Below, in pieces: positions 60,499-64,000 of a stretch of 64,000 nucleotides of DNA. The notes beneath the pieces are model-generated. The model saw only the letters and a program-made list of their open reading frames with translations, had not been told where the DNA came from and made no database searches. The position numbers and the translations under genes were made by a program. This DNA is from an uncultured Solirubrobacterales bacterium (GTDB taxonomy: Bacteria; Actinomycetota; Thermoleophilia; Solirubrobacterales; 70-9), in the NCBI GenBank assembly GCA_963822295.1, contig CAWGHD010000001.1, forward strand, positions 4,577-68,576, written 5' to 3'. The stretch's first letter is position 1. The number at the start of each line of letters is the position of its first letter.

Positions 60499-61443
60499 AT
60501 GCCCGCGTCCGACGGCCCCAGCGGCCGGCCCAGCCCGCGCCTGGTCGTCGTGATCCCCGCCGGGGACGCGCCGCCCACCCTCGACCGCTGCCTCGCGGCG
60601 CTCGCCGCCGGCGACCGCCGCCCGGACGAGGTGATCGTCCAGACCGAGCCCGCCGGGGCCGGGCCGGCGGAGCTGCGCAACGCCGGCGCCCGCCTCGCCG
60701 AGGCCGATCTGATCGCCTTCGTCGACTCCGATGTCGAGGTGAGGCCCGACGCGCTGGCCCTGGTCGAGCGCCACTTCGTCGAGGATGCGGGCCTCGACGC
60801 CGTCTTCGGCTCCTACGACGACGAGCCCGATGCCCCGGGCGTGACCTCGCGCTTCCGCAACCTGCTCCATCACCACGTCCACACCGAGGCGGCGGGGCCG
60901 GCGGCGACTTTCTGGGCCGGGCTGGGGGCGGTCCGCAGCGAGGCGTTCGCGGCGGTCGGAGGGTTCGACGCGCGGCGCTTCCCGAAGGCGAGCATCGAGG
61001 ACATCGAGCTCGGCATGCGGATGAGGCGCGGCGGCGCGCGGCTCCTGATCGACCCTCGGATTCGCGGCCGCCATCTGAAGGCCTGGACGCCGCTGACGAT
61101 GGTTCGCACCGACTTCTCGCGGCGGGGGGTCCCCTGGGTCAGGCTGCTCCTGCGCGACGGCGGCGACATCGGGACCCTCAACCTGGGCTGGCGCCACCGC
61201 GCCAGCGCGCTCGCGAGCGTCCTCGTCGCGGCCGCCGTCCTGGGCCGCCGCCCCCGGCTGGCGGCCGGGTCGCTGGCCGCCGTGCTCGTCCTCAACCGCA
61301 GGCTCTACCGGCTGCTCGCCAGGCGCGGCGGCGCGCCCCTGCTGCTCGGCGGGGTCGCCCTCCACATCGCCCACCAGCTGACCGCCGTCGCGGCCCTTCT
61401 CGCGGGCGCCCTCGCCCACCTGGCCGGCGGGAGACGGCGGTGA
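60499..61443 (+). CDS. family 2 glycosyltransferase with a C-terminal membrane segment
   Basis: 'RLVVVIPAGDAPPTLDRCLAAL', 'AELRNAGARLAEADLIAFVDSDVEV' (DxD), 'GFDARRFPKASIEDIELGMRM', and a hydrophobic C-terminus. Confidence 0.8.
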   Translation: MPASDGPSGRPSPRLVVVIPAGDAPPTLDRCLAALAAGDRRPDEVIVQTEPAGAGPAELRNAGARLAEADLIAFVDSDVEVRPDALALVERHFVEDAGLDAVFGSYDDEPDAPGVTSRFRNLLHHHVHTEAAGPAATFWAGLGAVRSEAFAAVGGFDARRFPKASIEDIELGMRMRRGGARLLIDPRIRGRHLKAWTPLTMVRTDFSRRGVPWVRLLLRDGGDIGTLNLGWRHRASALASVLVAAAVLGRRPRLAAGSLAAVLVLNRRLYRLLARRGGAPLLLGGVALHIAHQLTAVAALLAGALAHLAGGRRR

Positions 61444-62390
61444 GCCGGCCCCGCCTGCGGCTGGGCCTGGTCGGCTGCGGGCGGATCGCCGAGCGCGGCT
61501 ACGCCACGGCGCTCGAGGGCCTCGACGCGATCGAAGTCGCCGCCGTCGCCGACCCCGATCGCGACCGTGCCGCGCGGCTCGCCGAGCGCTTCGGGGGCGC
61601 CGTGAGCCATCCGGGCGCCGAGGAGCTGGTCGCGGCGGGCGGCATCGACGGCCTGATCGTCGCCGCCCCAGCGGCGCTCCACCTGCCGGTTGCGCGGCTG
61701 GCGGCCGCGGCCGGGCTCCCCAGCCTGGTCGAGAAGCCGCCCGCCCCCGACCTCGCAGGCGCCACGGCGATGGCCGAGCTGGCGACACCGCCCGCCGTCG
61801 GGTTCAATCGCCGCTTCCTGCAGGGCGACGCGATCATTGCCGGCCTTCCCGCCGACGTCTGGCTCGACCTCGACCTCGAGCTCCGCTTCCGCCGCGACGG
61901 CTGGGGCGCGCACGAGAGCCGCGACGAGGCGCTGCTCGACGCCGGCACCCACCTGATCGACCTTGCCTGCTTCCTGACCCGGTCCGACCCGATCGCGGTG
62001 CGCGACGCGACTCTCGACCAGGAGCGGGCATCCCTCTCGCTGGAGCTGGCCCGGGGGAGGGCCCGCCTGCGCTGTGCCACCGACGCGGGCTACCGCGAGC
62101 GGGTCGTGGTTCGCGACAGCGGCGGCCGTGTCGTCGCCTCCCACGCTCTGGGAGGCGTGCGCACCCGCCTCGCCCGCCTGGGGGGCGCACCCGACCCGCT
62201 GGCCCTCTCCCTGCGCCGGCAGCTCGAGGCATTCGCGGCGTTCGCCGCCGGCGCCGGGCCTGGCGCCCTGGCAGGGGCCGGCGACGGCATGCGCGCGATG
62301 GCCGCGGTCGAGGCGGCGAGACGCTCGGCGGAGCTGGGCGGCGCCGAGGTCACGGTCGGGCCGGCGCCCGCCCCGGCGGCGGAGCGATGA
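61440..62390 (+). CDS. Gfo/Idh/MocA-family NAD(P)-dependent oxidoreductase (GTG start)
   Basis: 'LRLGLVGCGRIAERGYATALEGLDAIEVAAVADPDRDRAARLAERFG' and 'SLVEKPPA' (EKP motif). GTGA overlap with the GT2 stop. Confidence 0.72.
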   Translation: MSRPRLRLGLVGCGRIAERGYATALEGLDAIEVAAVADPDRDRAARLAERFGGAVSHPGAEELVAAGGIDGLIVAAPAALHLPVARLAAAAGLPSLVEKPPAPDLAGATAMAELATPPAVGFNRRFLQGDAIIAGLPADVWLDLDLELRFRRDGWGAHESRDEALLDAGTHLIDLACFLTRSDPIAVRDATLDQERASLSLELARGRARLRCATDAGYRERVVVRDSGGRVVASHALGGVRTRLARLGGAPDPLALSLRRQLEAFAAFAAGAGPGALAGAGDGMRAMAAVEAARRSAELGGAEVTVGPAPAPAAER

Positions 62391-63895
62391 TCGCCGTCCT
62401 CCAGTTCGACGCGGTCAGCGCCGGCCTGATGGGGCGGCTCGGCTCGGAGGGCCGGCTGCCCAACCTCGAAGCGCTGGCGGCCCGGGGGACGCGCCTCGAG
62501 CTGGACGGCCCGGCGGCGCACTTCCCCGCCAGCGCCTACCAGGACCTCTACCGGGGAGTGGAGGTCGGCGACCACGGCCTCTTCTACCCCTTCCAGTGGT
62601 CGGCGGGCCGTCAGGCGATCCGCCTCGCGGCGGAGTTCCAGGCGCCGCCCGCGATCTGGGAGCGGCTCGCCGCCGCCGGTCGGTCGACCCTCGCGATCGA
62701 CCCCTACGAGTGCCACGCGCCGCGGGTGGCCGACGGGGTGCTGGTCAGCGGCTGGGGCATGCGCGAGCGGGTGGTGCTCGAGCGCTGGTCGCATCCGACC
62801 GGCGCCGAACGGCCCCTGCGCCGCCGGCACGGGAGGCCGCCCGACGTCACCGAGGTCTTCGGCGCCCAGCGCCCCGCCGAGCTCCTCCGCCTTCGCGAGC
62901 GCTTCCTCGCCGCCCCCGCCCGGGTCGCCGACGCCGCGATCGAGCAGCTCGGCGAGCGCAGCTTCGACCTCGCCTGGCTCACCTTCGCCGCCCCCCACCT
63001 CGCCGGGCACCGGCTCTGGGAGGTCCCGCCCTACGTCGAGGGCCTCGCGGCGGGGGATCGCGAGCTCCTCGACGCGGCCCTCGCCGACGTCTACGCCGAG
63101 GTCGACACGCAGGTCGGCCGGGTGCTCGCCGCCCTTCCGGAGGACGCCGACGTGATCGTCTGTTCGGTGCTCGGCATGGACGTCAACACGAGCCGGGCCG
63201 ACCTCCTGCCCGGGATGCTCTCCGCGGTGCTCGGCGGCGGGACCGGGGAGGACGACGAGGAGGATTCGGACTCGGGCGCGATTTGGCGGCTGCGGGGGGC
63301 GCTCTCGGGACGGCTGCGCGGCGCGGTGGCGGGGGCGATGCCCGATCGCATGGCGCTGGAGCTGACCGCGCGCCTCGAGCTGCGCGGAATCGACTGGTCC
63401 CGCACCCGCGCCTTCGCGCACCCCGCCGACAACCAGGGTTACGTGCGGCTCAACCTGAGGGGGCGGGAGAGCGACGGCATCGTCGACCCCGCCGCCGCGG
63501 ATGAGCTGGCCGCCGAGATCGCCGCCGGCCTGCGCGACTTCCGCGACCCCGACGGCGAGCCGGCGGTTGCATCCGTCGACACGGTCCGCGGGCGCTGGAG
63601 CGGGGAGGCGGCTGACCGCCTCCCCGACCTCGTCGTCGGCTGGAGGCCGACCTCCTCGATCTCGCTCGACTCGGTGCGCTCCGAGCGGTTCGGGGTCGTG
63701 CGCCGCCAGGGCTACGGCAGCGGCCGCACCGGCAACCACACCGACGGCGACGCCTGGGCGGTGCTGGCGCCGGCCTCCTCGCGCCTGCGCGACCCGTCGC
63801 GGCCGGCACGCATCGTCGACATAGCCGCCACGGTCGCCGCCCATTGCGGCGTCGAGGACGCCGGCCTCGCCGGCGAGCCGCTGCTCGAGCGCTAG
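62387..63895 (+). CDS. alkaline-phosphatase-superfamily protein (type I phosphodiesterase / nucleotide pyrophosphatase-like)
   Basis: 'MIAVLQFDAVSAGLMGRLGSEGRLPNLEALAARGT', 'LTFAAPHLAGHRLW' and 'GSGRTGNHTDGDAWAVL' resemble the metal-ligand segments of PF01663-type proteins. ATGA overlap with the upstream gene. Confidence 0.5.
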   Translation: MIAVLQFDAVSAGLMGRLGSEGRLPNLEALAARGTRLELDGPAAHFPASAYQDLYRGVEVGDHGLFYPFQWSAGRQAIRLAAEFQAPPAIWERLAAAGRSTLAIDPYECHAPRVADGVLVSGWGMRERVVLERWSHPTGAERPLRRRHGRPPDVTEVFGAQRPAELLRLRERFLAAPARVADAAIEQLGERSFDLAWLTFAAPHLAGHRLWEVPPYVEGLAAGDRELLDAALADVYAEVDTQVGRVLAALPEDADVIVCSVLGMDVNTSRADLLPGMLSAVLGGGTGEDDEEDSDSGAIWRLRGALSGRLRGAVAGAMPDRMALELTARLELRGIDWSRTRAFAHPADNQGYVRLNLRGRESDGIVDPAAADELAAEIAAGLRDFRDPDGEPAVASVDTVRGRWSGEAADRLPDLVVGWRPTSSISLDSVRSERFGVVRRQGYGSGRTGNHTDGDAWAVLAPASSRLRDPSRPARIVDIAATVAAHCGVEDAGLAGEPLLER

Positions 63896-63901
63896 GGCGG
63901 G

Positions 63902-63925
63902 GAGGGGGAGGTGCCCCTCCCCCTC
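63902..63925. terminator. 10-bp G/C-rich hairpin after the last gene (no T-run)
   Basis: GAGGGGGAGG-TGCC-CCTCCCCCTC, starting 7 nt after the stop at 63895. Confidence 0.35.
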
Positions 63926-64000
63926 TCGGCCAGGACTCCGGCTGCGGTCGCCAGCTGCGCCGCGAGCACCAGAGAACCCACGGTCGGGCCGCGGGAGAAG

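Overview
This is a very GC-rich bacterial window. Gene content and order look Actinomycetota-like, perhaps Thermoleophilia or Rubrobacteria, but I cannot verify that without a database.

The core, about 17.0-53.0 kb, is the conserved transcription/translation supercluster:
- rpmG-secE-nusG-rplK-rplA-rplJ-rplL-rpoB-rpoC
- fusA-tuf
- S10 operon: rpsJ-rplCDWB-rpsS-rplV-rpsC-rplP-rpmC-rpsQ
- spc operon: rplNXE-rpsNH-rplFR-rpsE-rpmD-rplO-secY-adk-map
- alpha operon: rpmJ-rpsMKD-rpoA-rplQ

Four departures from the canonical layout stand out:
1. rpsL-rpsG lie on the opposite strand from fusA-tuf, inside a 4-kb block of non-ribosomal genes placed between rpoC and fusA.
2. infA is absent between map and rpmJ, and an O-methyltransferase gene sits there instead.
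3. truA is inverted and directly abuts an iron-type ABC ATPase gene.
4. Many ribosomal proteins carry long charged low-complexity extensions.

The left flank (1-15.6 kb) is an accessory locus of secreted proteins. It holds a tandemly duplicated, ATGA-coupled gene pair: a giant NHL/beta-propeller exoprotein followed by a ~920-aa four-module partner that I do not recognise. Two single-module paralogs and small secreted or lipoproteins follow, then tRNA-Thr and an acyl-CoA dehydrogenase.

The right flank (53-64 kb) holds the iron ABC transporter, with a DtxR/IdeR-like box in its divergent promoter, and an envelope-glycan-type cluster.

As given, the sequence carries roughly 35-40 reading-frame disruptions, mostly single-base-insertion-like, plus in-frame stops in rplK and in the first partner gene. 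They are clustered at 0.4-3.4, 9.2-10.9 and 15.9-23.1 kb and hit essential single-copy genes. I therefore read them as assembly or sequencing indels, not decay. I call these genes CDS and flag the disruptions.

I saw no CRISPR arrays, rRNA genes, transposases or integrases. All functional calls rest on my reading of the supplied translations; no database search was possible.
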